Assembly: GCF_038025025.1 (NCBI RefSeq)
Contig: NW_027117344.1
Location: 2,046,001 to 2,110,000, forward strand
DNA: 64,000 nt
Direction of reading: 5' to 3'
Origin: Phyllosticta citribraziliensis
Lineage: Eukaryota
Both the position numbers and the translations under genes were made by a program. This document shows positions 35,632 through 48,035 of this stretch, piece by piece; within the stretch, counting starts at the first letter, position 1, and each line of letters opens with the position of its first letter. The notes beneath the pieces are model-generated. The model saw only the letters and a list, made by a program, of their open reading frames with translations. It did not search any database and was not told the origin of the DNA.

Positions 35632-38243
35632 ATGCCAGCGCTACCCGACAGCCGGGAAAATGACGCAGACAGTACTCTGGGACAGCTCGAGGCTGCGGCC
35701 GCGTTAATCGGTAGCGGAATATCAGACACAATGTCGCAACTCGCCAAACGCATCAACGTACCATACAACAGCACGAGCCCCGCAGGACTTATCGAAGCCA
35801 ATACGGTTGATCCATGGAACAAGAGTGGGAAATATGCGCTTGCGGTGGTTTATTTTTGTATAATACTTGTGGTTTTCGCATCACTCATGCGATCATACCA
35901 TTACTTCACGGACAAGACGCGGACCGCGCTCCATCAGGAAGAAGTATTAACTAGCTCCATCACCACATCACCCGATACGGACTACGAGCTGTCGGTGTTG
36001 AAGACTGACAAGTCGGCCGCCAAGTTTTTCCCTCGACATGGAGAACTGCCCCAGCCTGCCCCGATAGAGTCGTCAGTCTCTTCATTCAAACCTTTAAACG
36101 CCATCATCGCATTTGCCAGGTGGATTTTTTATCGCCCGACCCCGCAAATCAACCTCCGCAAAGGTTGGAGGCCTCTGATGTTTCCATCGCTGGCTATTTC
36201 TTGCGTCATTGCCGCTGCTCTGCTCCTGGTCGTCCTCTACACCTTTGTCCCTCAGCCGCTATACTGGGGAAGTATCAGATACGGTTCCCCGCCAGTCGCA
36301 ATCCGGTCCGGTATGATGGCGATTGCACTGCTGCCGTGGATTATTGCACTGAGCATGAAGGCCAACGTCGTATCCCTACTCACTGGAATTGGACACGAGA
36401 GACTCAACGTCCTGCATCGCTGGGGCGCATATCTCATGCTTTTCCTCAGCTTGGTCCACACGGTACCCTTTTACGTCACTCCAGTATGGGACGATGGAGG
36501 AATGCAATTTTACAAGGCTTTGCTCCGGGGCGAGAGTTTCTATCCTTACGGAACTGGTGAGATTGCTTTCGAGGCCCTTTTTGACTTGTGCTGATTTGCT
36601 GAACAGGAATTGCCTCGCTTGTACCTCTCATCTTTCTCTGTGTACACTCTATTCCGCACCTTCGCGCCTGGATGTACGAGCTTTTCGTCACCGTACACGT
36701 CCCCGTGTCGATACTATTTTTCGCCATGCTCTTTTGGCACTGCAACAATTACCTGACGTCATGGCATTACCTCTACTCAACCCTGGCAATTTGGCTCACG
36801 TCATATGTCGTGCGCGTCTTGTTCTACCTCAACTGGACCAATCCATTCAAAGTTTCCTGGTTGATCGGTGATGAGGCGGCGGTGACAATTCTGCCGGAAA
36901 ATGCCATCAAAGTCACGATTCCCACGCTGAAAAAGTGGCGCCCGGGACAATATGTGTACCTACGCATGCCTGGAATTTCTGTGTTTGAAAATCATCCGTT
37001 TACAATCGCTTCGCTTTGCAGTAAGGACTTTCCTTCGACCTATGGACCTGACTACAAGGACATGGTGCTCGTATTTCGGCCGTTTGGAGGGTTTACGCAA
37101 AAGGTGCTTCGTAGCGCCATCCAAGAAGGCCCATGGCAGACGTACAGAGCGTTCGTCGACGGGCCGTACGGCGGATTGCAGAGACGCCTCGAGGCATTTG
37201 ACGACGTGGTCCTCATCGCCGGCGGCAGCGGCGTCACAGCAGTAGTATCCCACCTCCTCGACCTCATCAAGCGTATGCGCGACGGAAAAGCCGTCACCAA
37301 GTCAGTCAAAGTCATCTGGGCGCTCAAGCGGCCCGAGACCATGGAATGGTTCAAAGAAGAGTTGCGGATATGCCGGGAATTTGCGCCGCCGGACACCGTG
37401 CAATGTCGATTCTTCATCACGGCAGCAAAGCGTCTGGCGCGGACAGGGCAGGTAGTCAGCGCAACGAGCCCCACGCGGCCCGTCAGCACCTTTTTCCACG
37501 ACAAGGTCGACGCGGCATTCAACGACATTGCCGACAAGCGCATCTCGGGCATCAGCACGTTCAAGCGGCAGTCGGCGTTGATCCAAGACGAGGCGCAGGG
37601 CGACGCGGAGCGCGAAAAGGAGTTGCGGCGCGAAAACGAAGACGCCATCTCTGCGCTCCCTCAAGCACACCTGCGGCCCTTGAATGGCGATTCTCCCAAC
37701 AGCAGCACCAACACGACGCCTCCTCCTCCTCCTCCTCCTCCTCCTCCTCCTCCTCCTCCTCCAGCACCAACACAACCTTCGCCCTCGCCCTCCACCCTCC
37801 CCGCCCCACAACCAACGCGCTCCCTCTTCGAAAAGCGGCGCTCCCGCAACCTCTCCATCGACATCTCGCACGCCATGACGACCAACCCTTCCGCCTTCTC
37901 CCCTACCGCCTTGCACCCGGCCAACCACGGAGCCTTCGACTTCGGCTTCCCGTCCACGCCCACCGAGTTCCAGAAGAACCTGATGCGCTTTGCGTTCCTG
38001 CCAGCAGCCGTCAAGGCCGCGCATGCCGGCGGCAACTGGAGTACCGAGTACGGCCGCCCAGACCTGCCGTACATGCTGCGGCAATGGGCGCGCGATTGGG
38101 GTAGGCGGACGTGTGTCTTCGTGTGCGGGCCCCCGGGCTTGCGGGTCGATGTTGCGGAGACGGTGGCGAGGTTGCAGGGGCGTGTATGGAGAGATGGTGA
38201 GGTTGCCGAGATATTTTTGCACACGGAGAATTACGCCATTTGA
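35632..38243 (+). CDS. Ferric/cupric reductase transmembrane component (FRE family)
   Basis: Heme His motifs (LHRWG, LVHT, VHV, FWH), FAD motif HPFTIAS, GPYGG, IAGGSGVT, VCGP, HTENY. Intron 36557-36606. The start may instead be ATG 35731. Confidence 0.92.
37719..37763 (+). repeat. (CCT)n tract encoding about 15 prolines inside the ferric reductase
   Basis: Read directly from the sequence. Confidence 0.9.
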
Positions 38244-38812
38244 TGTTTCTGTTTGTCGCGGCAGTGGATGACGTGGACTGCGTGCTGGTTGGAGCTTACC
38301 TATCTGTTGGATACCCTTGATTCGTCGACACTTCTGTCGTTGGCTTCGTTGTTGTATAACCACTCTCTTTTCTTTCCGCTTGCTCTCGAGCGTTTTCTTT
38401 CTGTCACATTGTTCGTCTTGTATCCACGACGCTTTACTGCGGCTAGCTGCAATATAGGCAGCGTCTCTCCTCATCATCGTTGTAATGGTAAAGACGCAAT
38501 CATTCAAGTCCTGGAAGGTGTGGTGTAGACTAGTTAATTTATAGCTCGCCGGTTTTATCGAGGCAGGCTAAGCTGTCTGGCCTACGGCCCCCATTCGCGT
38601 GAGCTTCTCCGGAACGTGGGCCTCTCGACTCGTCCGGTTGACCAGCTGAGGATGAGGTAAATACAACAGGGCAGCTATGCTGCGCTGTAATTGGTCTTTT
38701 GTGGGGGACTAGAGCCTTCTCAACACGAAAAGCCCGCCGCCAGGGGGCGCCGATGTGTTGTAGACATCTTGTCTCAGTAGATCTTGTACGCTTCCTTCGA
38801 GCCATGACGACC

Positions 38813-39961
38813 TCATCTGCCCTCATCTCCAAGCGCCTCGCTCCACTCTGCCCATCTGTCCTCAGATCTCTTCACAATGCTCTTGAGTAGGTCCCGTCCG
38901 ACGACTGCGCCGCCATGCTTTTCCACCCGGCGCACGACAAATCTGTCGTCGGCCTTGTCAACCACAACCGTCACCACCTCGCGACAATTCGCTTCCTCGA
39001 ACGCGTCCGGGTCAGCCAACACCCAGGCCCTGTTGTCGTCCTCGTCATCCTCTGCTCTCGATATGTTTTCCTGTCCCGTCAAGCCCTCCAATCCCAGGAC
39101 CTCAAAATCCTGGCCCCTCGATCCCTGCTTCGTCGTGGCAGCGAAAATCGCGAAACTGCTCGCCACGGGGCTGCCCCTCAAGCGTAGTTTCCTTGCCTTC
39201 TCGCGTTGGTCGTCACACAGGACCATTTGCGAGTCGTAGTCCCACCAGGCACGCGGCAGCACTGTGTCCCTCAGCGCAGCCAACATGGCTCCCCAAGCAG
39301 CGTCCAGCGCGTTGCCGTCGAGCGACATGAACACAATGTCGATGTACAGGGTCCAGTACGCGACGACCTCCCTCTTGTTCTCGCCATCGTCGTCGGCGTC
39401 ATCGTTGGTCGCAGGCGGCGTGTATGTGACGCGCAGGTCGCGCGCACGCACCAGGCGTGTCGAGTGCAGCAGGCCGAGGAGTCGAGAAGTCAGGACTTGG
39501 GCAGGGGCGCTGGGCGGCTGGCCGGGGACGATGGTCGGCGTTGCGCCCGTTGCCAGCTCGACGTTTGGCACCAGCAGACCCAATCGCTCCAGCTCTTCTC
39601 TGTCATCTTCATCTTCGGTGGTAGTGTCGTTGGCCTCGTCGTCGGCGCTGAGCGTGCGCGCTGGGTCGGCGTCCGTGTCGGGTGGGTTGGGCACGTCGCG
39701 TTGCAGAAGCAGCTCGCCGCGGACGCCGCAGACCACGGCCGTGTCGCCGAGGCGTACGACGGCGCTGCCGGAGCAGTGGGTCAGGGAGCTCGAATTGAGG
39801 CCTGGGGCGCGAAATGTCGAGGTAGTACGGCCATTTGGTCGGAGGAGTGGTTGTTTGGATGAGGAAAGGTGTGCGAGGAGGAATGGTGCGGGCGAGAGGG
39901 CAGCGAAGATGTCGGGAGGAAAAGACAACGCTGGCGCTGTAGAGGCTGTGTCGACCGTCAT
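38813..39961 (-). CDS. RRP43: Exosome RNase PH-like core subunit Rrp43
   Basis: ATG 39961; SFPPDIFAALSPAPFLLAHL, RPNGR..FR, GSAVVRLGDTAVVCGV, WTLYIDI, DGNALDAAW, DPDAFEE. Confidence 0.85.
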   Translation of the reverse strand: MTVDTASTAPALSFPPDIFAALSPAPFLLAHLSSSKQPLLRPNGRTTSTFRAPGLNSSSLTHCSGSAVVRLGDTAVVCGVRGELLLQRDVPNPPDTDADPARTLSADDEANDTTTEDEDDREELERLGLLVPNVELATGATPTIVPGQPPSAPAQVLTSRLLGLLHSTRLVRARDLRVTYTPPATNDDADDDGENKREVVAYWTLYIDIVFMSLDGNALDAAWGAMLAALRDTVLPRAWWDYDSQMVLCDDQREKARKLRLRGSPVASSFAIFAATTKQGSRGQDFEVLGLEGLTGQENISRAEDDEDDNRAWVLADPDAFEEANCREVVTVVVDKADDRFVVRRVEKHGGAVVGRDLLKSIVKRSEDRWAEWSEALGDEGR

Positions 39962-40781
39962 GCTGTGGCAGATTTGGGCGAAGTGGTGGTTAGATGTATT
40001 GTTGTTAGCTCTCCACCCAGGCTTTCGAAAAATGTCCGCTGTATCGATAAGAGAGCTACCGCGGATGACAATCGGTGGTCTTTCCGGACCTGGGCTCCTA
40101 AACAATCGCAACAATCGCCCAAGCAATCAACTCATGTTTCATTATGCAATTATTTTGCTCCTATTCGAGACCCTACACTCTGACGTCCGTCGTATGTCTC
40201 GCTCATGGTTGTTATGAAGGTCCCCAGCTGTGTTGAACCTCATCTTGTCAAGGCGCCCAGGCAGTCATATACAACAGGCATATGCTGCGAACGAGACAGC
40301 GTATCGCCAACCCCGATCCCTGGGCTTTGTATCATCGGCTCGGGGTCCAGCTCAGCAAGGCTTTTTGGTGCATATGTTACGCGACGCGTCAGCGTATCCC
40401 AATCCCGGCTTCCATACCATGTGCCATGAAGGAAGGCAACAACGGCCCAGGAAGCTCCCCAGACGTCATCGAATCAGCTCTGAGCAAGGGCCAGACTGTC
40501 TGACTTAGCGGTGGTACAATCGAAGCGCCAATTATACCTGAAAACCCCGCTCCGCGTTCCCAAGCTTTGACTGATGAGACATGCAAGAGCAGCTGAATCA
40601 TCGACCTTGGCCCCCATCTCGCGGCCCTTCCGACAAGGCTGACGTTGGATAGCCGAATGCAAAGTTGCCCCTGTTGAAGAATTTGCCTCTGTGTTGCAGA
40701 CTCGTTCCATAATCAGGTTAAAGGGAGTACCCGAGGGCCTAAACATTTCACAAGCAAATCCTGAATCATCTCATCGTCGCG

Positions 40782-42524
40782 ATGGTGGGAGTCCCGGGAC
40801 GGAGCAAAGGCTGCCATACATGCCGCAGAAGGCACGTCAAATGCGGTAGGCCCCGTTGTTTGCCCGGAAAACTGAAAGGCCAAAGCAATGACAACTGCAG
40901 ATGAGCGCAAGCCCACGTGTTTTCGATGTGAGAGGGCCGGATATGTGTGCCAGGGCTACAAGAAGACAATTCGTTTCTTGTTCCAGAACCCTGGACCTTC
41001 ACGCTCTTCGAGGCCGAGCCGAGAGACTTCTTCCGAATCTACTGACTTGACAATCATTCCTGCCGGCACCTTTAGACAAAAGCGCAAATCACAATCGAAT
41101 ACCGCTAAATCCACATCTGTGGCCAAGACGCCGAAAGGATTCACGATAAATCTTCCCTCGTCGGTACCGCAAGAGCTGAATCTCTCAGCTTTTCAAAACA
41201 ACATTGCCTTCTCGTTTACCTTTTCAAATCTAGTGTACAGCAGCTTTGGTCGACCATGGCTCCAAATGGCTGCTCAAGGGCGTGTAGACGAAGTTTCCGA
41301 AGCAGCCAGCAAGGCCTTAGCGTTGGGTTTCTTGGGCAATTCGAAGCGCCAAAAACAACTCCAAGATCGAAGCTTCAGCGAATATGGCCGTTCGTTGCAG
41401 ATTCTGATCAAGGACCTCTCAAACTTGGACCAGGAAAGGGCGTTGAGATGCATCATCCCGGTCATGATCATCCTGATGTACACTGTATGTCAAGGGATTC
41501 ATTCTGACCTGAAAAACAGACTGACCTGAGCCGACAGTTCTCCGTGCATCAAAGCTCTGATTTTGGCCACCACGAGGGTCTGAAAAAGCTCGTGTTGCTG
41601 TGCGGACCAGAGAGATTTCAGAAGCAGCCTTTCCTCGGAGCCTTCGAAGCTGCGCGCGACATTTTGATATCCAAGGCCATGCTTGAACACAAACGAACTT
41701 TTCTCGAAGAAGAAAAGTGGCAGACTATCCCATGGGCGCTCACCCCCGAAGCGCGATCACCGTCGAGCCGCCTGCTCGATATACTTTCCTACGTCCCAGG
41801 TTTGCTTGAGGATGAAGCTGCGCTCAAGGAGCATTCGGATGCCAGAGCTCTAAGGGCGGTATTGCTTGCTCAGACCCGACAACATTTGCAGGAACTCTTC
41901 AAATGGCGGTGGGAGTGGGAGACCCGGAATCCAGATGCTGCCCACGCTGTACCGGCAATCGTTGATCCAGGAGGCCCGACAGAGGTTCCACAAGGCCTAG
42001 AGACGGTGCTGCGCTACAAAAGGTTCATCCAGGCCAACGAAATTTGTCTGTACAACGCAGTCCTCCTATGGCTGTTGCGTTTCTTGGGAGATCTTTGTCC
42101 CTCGGAGCCGATCCCAAGTCCCAGTAATCACTCACCTGCTGCAACATCGAACTCATCCTCTGACGAATATGCGGAACTGACGCGAAGAATTCTCCACGAG
42201 ACCACACCTACGCCACTGCTCCTTCCTGGCCAAGCGCGGACACTGAAGCAACCCGCGCTCGAAATATGCCGATCATTCGAGTTTCTGCTCGAAAACTTTG
42301 CGCACACCCAGGACACCGCGCTGGCATGGCTGATGCCACTGAGCCTTGCGTACTATGTGCTAAAAGACGACAAGCCGTACGTCCAATGGGTACGGTCAAA
42401 GCTGGATGGTTTCGAAGGTAAGCCGCCATTTCGCGACGTCACCTTACCGGTTTGGAGCATTGGAAATGGTATCTCCATACTAGCCACAGTGAGAGCATGG
42501 TGGTGGACTGGAATGCGGACCTGA
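40782..42524 (+). CDS. Zn(II)2Cys6 transcription factor
   Basis: MVGVPGRSKGCHTCRRRHVKC, then intron 40846-40900, then DERKPTCFRCERAGYVCQGY; second intron 41485-41537. Confidence 0.9.
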
Positions 42525-43567
42525 ACGGCTTTTCCTTGTTCAATGCCCTGGTATTGTTTGGGTCGCACCCACCGCTGTTCAAGTAGCTGTCTACGCTAGC
42601 AATAGCCGTAGCAGTGGCAACCGGCAAGCTGTTGGTAGTCCCCTCCCATGGCGACGCAGACGGATGCTTCTCGTTTGACTGCGAAATTCTTTCGCTAACG
42701 ACTGAGGGTAAACAGACTTCTGGGCCGTCCTACGCAGTAGACCGTCTGGAGGAGGTGCTCATCGGTTGGCCCGCGTCTTTCCTTGAGCATTCAGACTCAA
42801 ATTGCTGATATTCCTACCAGTCATGAAAAGCCTCCCGGCCGAATCGACACCCTTCCGCCTAAGCGACGAAATGTAATGCAGCCAATCGAGCTCTCAGAAT
42901 TAGCACGAAGTGATCCTGCTCTTTCATCGCTGCAACCAGAAGAATTGGTGCCGCCGAGGAACCGTGACATCCCCTTTCACGGCCCCTTCACACAACCTCA
43001 TGCTCTAAATGACGGGGAGAAAAGTTCTGGCGTCGATGGAGACTTCATGTTTGGTGTTTGGTAACCGCTGTCTGTCTAGATTAGATCTCTTTATAAGGGT
43101 TGGTTCATGAAAATTTGCATGATGCAAAGGGGAATCAAAATGCTAACAGTCTCAGTGAAGCTGGAATACAATAGGTATCTGGATAGATTGCCGGTTGAAT
43201 CCATTCCCGTATTCTATCATTTGCCGACTCTATGTGTATACTCACATTCAGTTTGGCCGGCCTGGCGCTGATCGTTCTGGGTCTGTCTACCAAAGAATTT
43301 AGAAATTCTGGAGCCGTAGTCACTCCACGCTGCCTGGCGCTGCAAGCACACATTATAATGGGATGATCGCGCATAAGGAGCATTCAAACTTTCAACAGGT
43401 GATCAATAGGATGCTTTGAGATATTTCGAAGCCAAAGGACTCAGGTGCCTTCTGCCATCTATGAAGCGATATTACAAGCAACATTCAAATCCAAACTTTT
43501 GTGAGGCAGAAAACCATCTCAGCCTCCTAACGGGGTATCTCGTCATCATCCGTTCGTCTATATCCCT

Positions 43568-45417
43568 TCACGTAAAGAACGCTCTTTCTCCGTTCTCACC
43601 ATTGTTCCTTCCCCGCAGATTGAGAAACCTGTACTGGGCATTTGCCAACAGACCAAAAGACAACGCCAAAGAGTTCAACACGACCACAACTGTCCACCCA
43701 GTAATGTACTTTGGCGCATCACTCGATTGGAAGAGCTGAGATCCAACGATGCCGGCCAGGTTAGCGGACATCACAATGCAAGCCATCTTGATGCTGCGAT
43801 CGGCCGGACTGCGCGCGTTGATCGCCAACCAAGACGAGTTGAGCGGATGCCAAATGATGCTGAAGCTCAGCGACATGATAATCATGGCCAGGCGCGTGGT
43901 ATGGTTGGTACTCGTCGCCGCCAGCCGGCATCCAAGGGTAAAGGCCCACCAGAGAAGCAACGCGGCAACGACGGGGATGCCGCGGATCTTGCCCTTGTCG
44001 GCCCAGAAGCCCCAGACCATGGCTGTGAAGACTTGGATCCAGAGGCCGATGGAGAAGAGAGCGTTGGAGGAGAGCCGCTCGTATCCCCAGCTCATGATGA
44101 GTTTAGGCCCATATGACGTGAAGACAGATGTTGGTGCTAGCGCGCAAATCGTGAGCAGGACGTGGGGATACAGCGTCCAGTCGCTCAACTGGGAGTATGG
44201 TCAGTTTTTTGGCACTACGAAAAAGTCTTTGTTGATACTTACGCTCTCCTTGAGTTCCTGCATAGAAATGGTCTTTCTCTTGCTGCTGGGAGCCTTGGTC
44301 GGATCGTCGATGACGACGCGCGTGGAAAGAATGTGCTGCTCGCGCGCAGTAAAATACTTGATCCCCGTAAATGGACGCGGGTCATCGCGGTCTTTTGGAT
44401 AAAAGGCCAGATACAAGAAGCCAGCGCAGATCGTGAAGAGACCCTCAATCTACGAACAGTCAGCGAGCCATTCAATCGAATTGAAAAGATGAACATACGA
44501 TGAAAAGCCACTGCCATCCAGCCAAGCCAGCGACGCCCCTCATGTGCAAAACGCCGTATGCAATGAGACCAGAGCATGCTTGAGCAATGTAGTTGCCAAA
44601 GAAGAACAGTGCAAAACGAACACTCATCTCACTACTCTTGTACCATGTAGTAATCGCATATAGGGAGGCAGGGATGAAGCCAGCCTCCATCAGCCTGGCT
44701 TTTGTCAGATACATCGTTCGAATGCTTCTCGCCAGTGACACTTACCCGAGGAGCAGTCGTGTAGCCATGTATGCGCCAAGGCCCTTCTGGAAGGCTTGAA
44801 ACGTTGCCACGAGCCCCCATGCGAAGATCTGTAGGCTTATCCATGCCCTCGGGCCAACCCGATAAAGTACCAAGTCTGCCAGGTTTAGTAGGAAGATCGA
44901 GAATGGCGTGATTGGTCACGAAGGGGGCGTACTGCTTGGGATCTGCACAAGTTAGCCTGACCAATGGAGCTACCGTTTTGGGAAGGTGGATGTACCTCTA
45001 GGATAACAATGCCAGCGGACAAGAGCTGTTGTCCAATGTTGAACTGGTACTGCGTAATGCCAACATCTTGCTACTAGGCGTCAGCGATTGCAACACGCTG
45101 TGGCATTATTCACTGACGAGGAAGTTGTCTGTTTGAGCGTTTCCACTGAAGGTTGTGAGCGCCGAACAGTCGAGTCTTGGTAGGTAAACATACATGTTAC
45201 CCCGGTCTAACTGAAGAGCCATAAAGGGAAGAATGAGAATCGGCATAAGGACCAGGTCGATCTTGCGAACAAGCCTTTTCTCCTCCGCCTCTGTCCAGTC
45301 AACGTATAATTGCGAGGCGTCATGACTGGCAGTATCTGTCGATTGGCCCTCTTGATCGAAGGACGGCGACTCTTTGACGCCAGGTTCCTTGAACTTCTCG
45401 TCGGTCAAGCCCATCAT
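43568..45417 (-). CDS. MFS transporter, allantoate permease (ACS/DAL5-like) family
   Basis: WTEAEEKRLVRKIDL, LDRGN, EAGFIP, TWYK, GLAGWQWLF, DAPKY; multi-exon. Confidence 0.9.
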
Positions 45418-47958
45418 GGCGAAGCGCAGTTGCGATAGAGGAAGAAAGAATAACGCAATGGCACGGGGTGGGGAGAAGGATGAACGCAGAGACTGCAGGA
45501 TAAATACGGGCTCGCACGTCGGAACAGATTGCCAGTCTGATCAATTTTCAAAGTCGATGGCGCTCATCTTGCGTGGCAACTGGCAACAACGAACGATTTC
45601 TTCGACTAGCCTCCGGTCTGTGCCCCGGGTGGTGGTCAATCGGCCGCCCACAGCGACCGCATTGAGTGAAAGTGGGTCTGCAAGGCCATGGGCGCACAAG
45701 GGGCCAGTTCAGAGCTGAAGCGAAGGAATGCTCCCGGACAGGTCGCTCAGTGCTACCACAGTGGACGGATTGCTTTTTCTCAGAATTTTTGCCAGTCCGC
45801 TCCATTTTCCTGATCCTCAAGGTCGAAAATGGTTTGGATTGGTGGTCTTTCTTCTGCGTAATGGCCATTCAGGATCAATGACAGGATGCGCAAAGGCGAT
45901 GTACGGCGTTGTTTTGTTGTAGCAGGAGAAGCAGCTCACCATTGCCAGGCCCGATGATGTGATTGACATGACTCGTTGCACCTTCTCTGCCACCTGCATG
46001 GTCAACGCGCGTCAAACGTATCCCTGCATCTTGCATCGCCTCTAGCTCGTGCTCACCTCCTCTTTACTTTGCCAAACACCTGCAGGTAGAAATGCGACTG
46101 AAGTCTTTCACCTGTGATCAAACGCGGGGTCGCTATCAATGTCGGTCATTCCGTCCCCAGGTCCCGCGTCTGTGGCGCGTCTATCTATTCATCATCGGGG
46201 CCTATCTTTCTTCTGTACATCAGGAGATCGAGAGGTCTTGTGCGTGGCTTGAAATGAATGGAGAGTCCCATGGCCCGTCCCAGAAACTGCAGCCTAAGTG
46301 CGATACGACTGTCGAAGATCGAGGCTGGGTGAAAATCTTGTAAGGCACCAATATGTTGCTTCCACAGTTGAATCTCGAATGCTCCCTGATACCGCGCGTC
46401 AGAAGTGACTTAGGCTTCTGGTGTCGCCTGACACGGTACTTGGAGTTTGAATGCGTCCCACTGGCATCCTGCCTTTTGTGCGTGTTCCACCACTTTTGCC
46501 ACGCTTGGTCGTCGCAGACAAGACAGCCTCGGGTCTAACGCAGGCTAGCACAGTTTAGGATGTGAACGACCCGACAATGTAGAACCTTCAAGAGTTTGCG
46601 CAATATCGTAGGGCATCTTCCCCTCTCGACGGCAGGATATCGTGATCAACAAGTTTTTATGCGCGGGCCGGTGTGTAGCTGTTTGCCAAGCAAGTTGATG
46701 ACGGGTCAGGGACGGAGGTTGCGATACCGCCACAGGATCAGTAACCACCGCGCATTTGCGAAAAGGAAACAAGTTGACCGATGAGCGGTCCAATTGTACG
46801 ACAAGGCCGCGTCATAAACACATCGTGTTCATCCCAGCAGCGTGCCGCCAGTGAGATGTCAGACGACCATTCCGATTCAGAGTTTGGAGGTCTTGGGACT
46901 TTCTGCTTTGGGTCAGGAAAACAAAGTAGAAGACGGAAACAGTTAACGGTTTCAAGTGGGAGCGGGGGGGCGATATTGCTCGGCCCGCCTCTTGGAACTC
47001 TTCTCACGCTTGTAGTCAGGGACATCCTGCACATGGCGGCTCGCTAGCCGCTTACGGGTTTGGCGACTTGTCGTCATCAACGCTCATGCAGGACGTGTTC
47101 TTGCCAGCCTAATCTCGCAAGAGAAGCTTGAAGTTCTCTAAGCTAAATTCCAACATGTTTGCCTCGGTATGTGGAATGCTCCGAATGGCCGTTTCGTAAT
47201 GCGAGAACCCAGGTTGATACCGAGCGCTGGGCGAAGATAAATGTCGGCATATCCATGCTAAGGCCTCGAAAACATCAAGATGTTGGTTCTCGGCCGCCTA
47301 GCCCTTCGAAAGACCCCTCTCTTGCACGCAATCGCCCCCTCTCCCGTCTTCTTGAGTTTTCGTGGAGAAGTGATATCCACGTCGGGACCTCTTCCTCTTT
47401 CAGTTGCCCAAACCGCAATTATGAAAAAACGAGGAGCAGGCCTAGTAGCAGTAGTCGTGACACAAACATCTTTGGGCTTTCGCGGACGGGAGCTCGAATG
47501 CTCCCTGTTGCTGTTCTTCACCGAAGCTTGAATGCTTCTTGTCAGTTGCCTGCTGCAGTGGACGAATGCTCCCCATCTGCTCGCAGTTCATTGCGTATGC
47601 CACGATTTTAAAACCAAGTCTGGAAAGTTTTTCGGCCCGGTAAGCTTCTCCGGGCTTACTGTTCTAGGCAGGTTTCTAATCGCATGTGCTTAGCATGCAT
47701 CTTGACAATGGGCACTGCCGAGGCTCATCAACCACAACGCACCCCTTGTGTACGTCTAGGACGGGAACTAGCAGGGCACCCCCACCGTATATCGAAATCT
47801 CTACGAGGCCCCGTGATTTCTTTGCCTCAATCGTCTGCGAATTGAAGCCTGAGCCAGGCATCTTAGCAGCAGGGTTTGCCAAACGATCCTGGGAGACTTT
47901 TTGTCAGGGGTCCACCAAAACATCAGGAACGATCTCGCAGGCAGCAACTTCGAGCCCT

Positions 47959-47965
47959 TATAAAA
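47959..47965 (+). promoter_or_regulatory. TATA box of the lipase gene
   Basis: TATAAAA about 75 nt upstream of ATG 48036. Confidence 0.55.
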
Positions 47966-48035
47966 TGGCGGGGTACTTTGTTTCCAGTTTCGCTTGCTGC
48001 AGTCTGTTGTTTGAAGCTGGCCAAGCCGTCTCATC

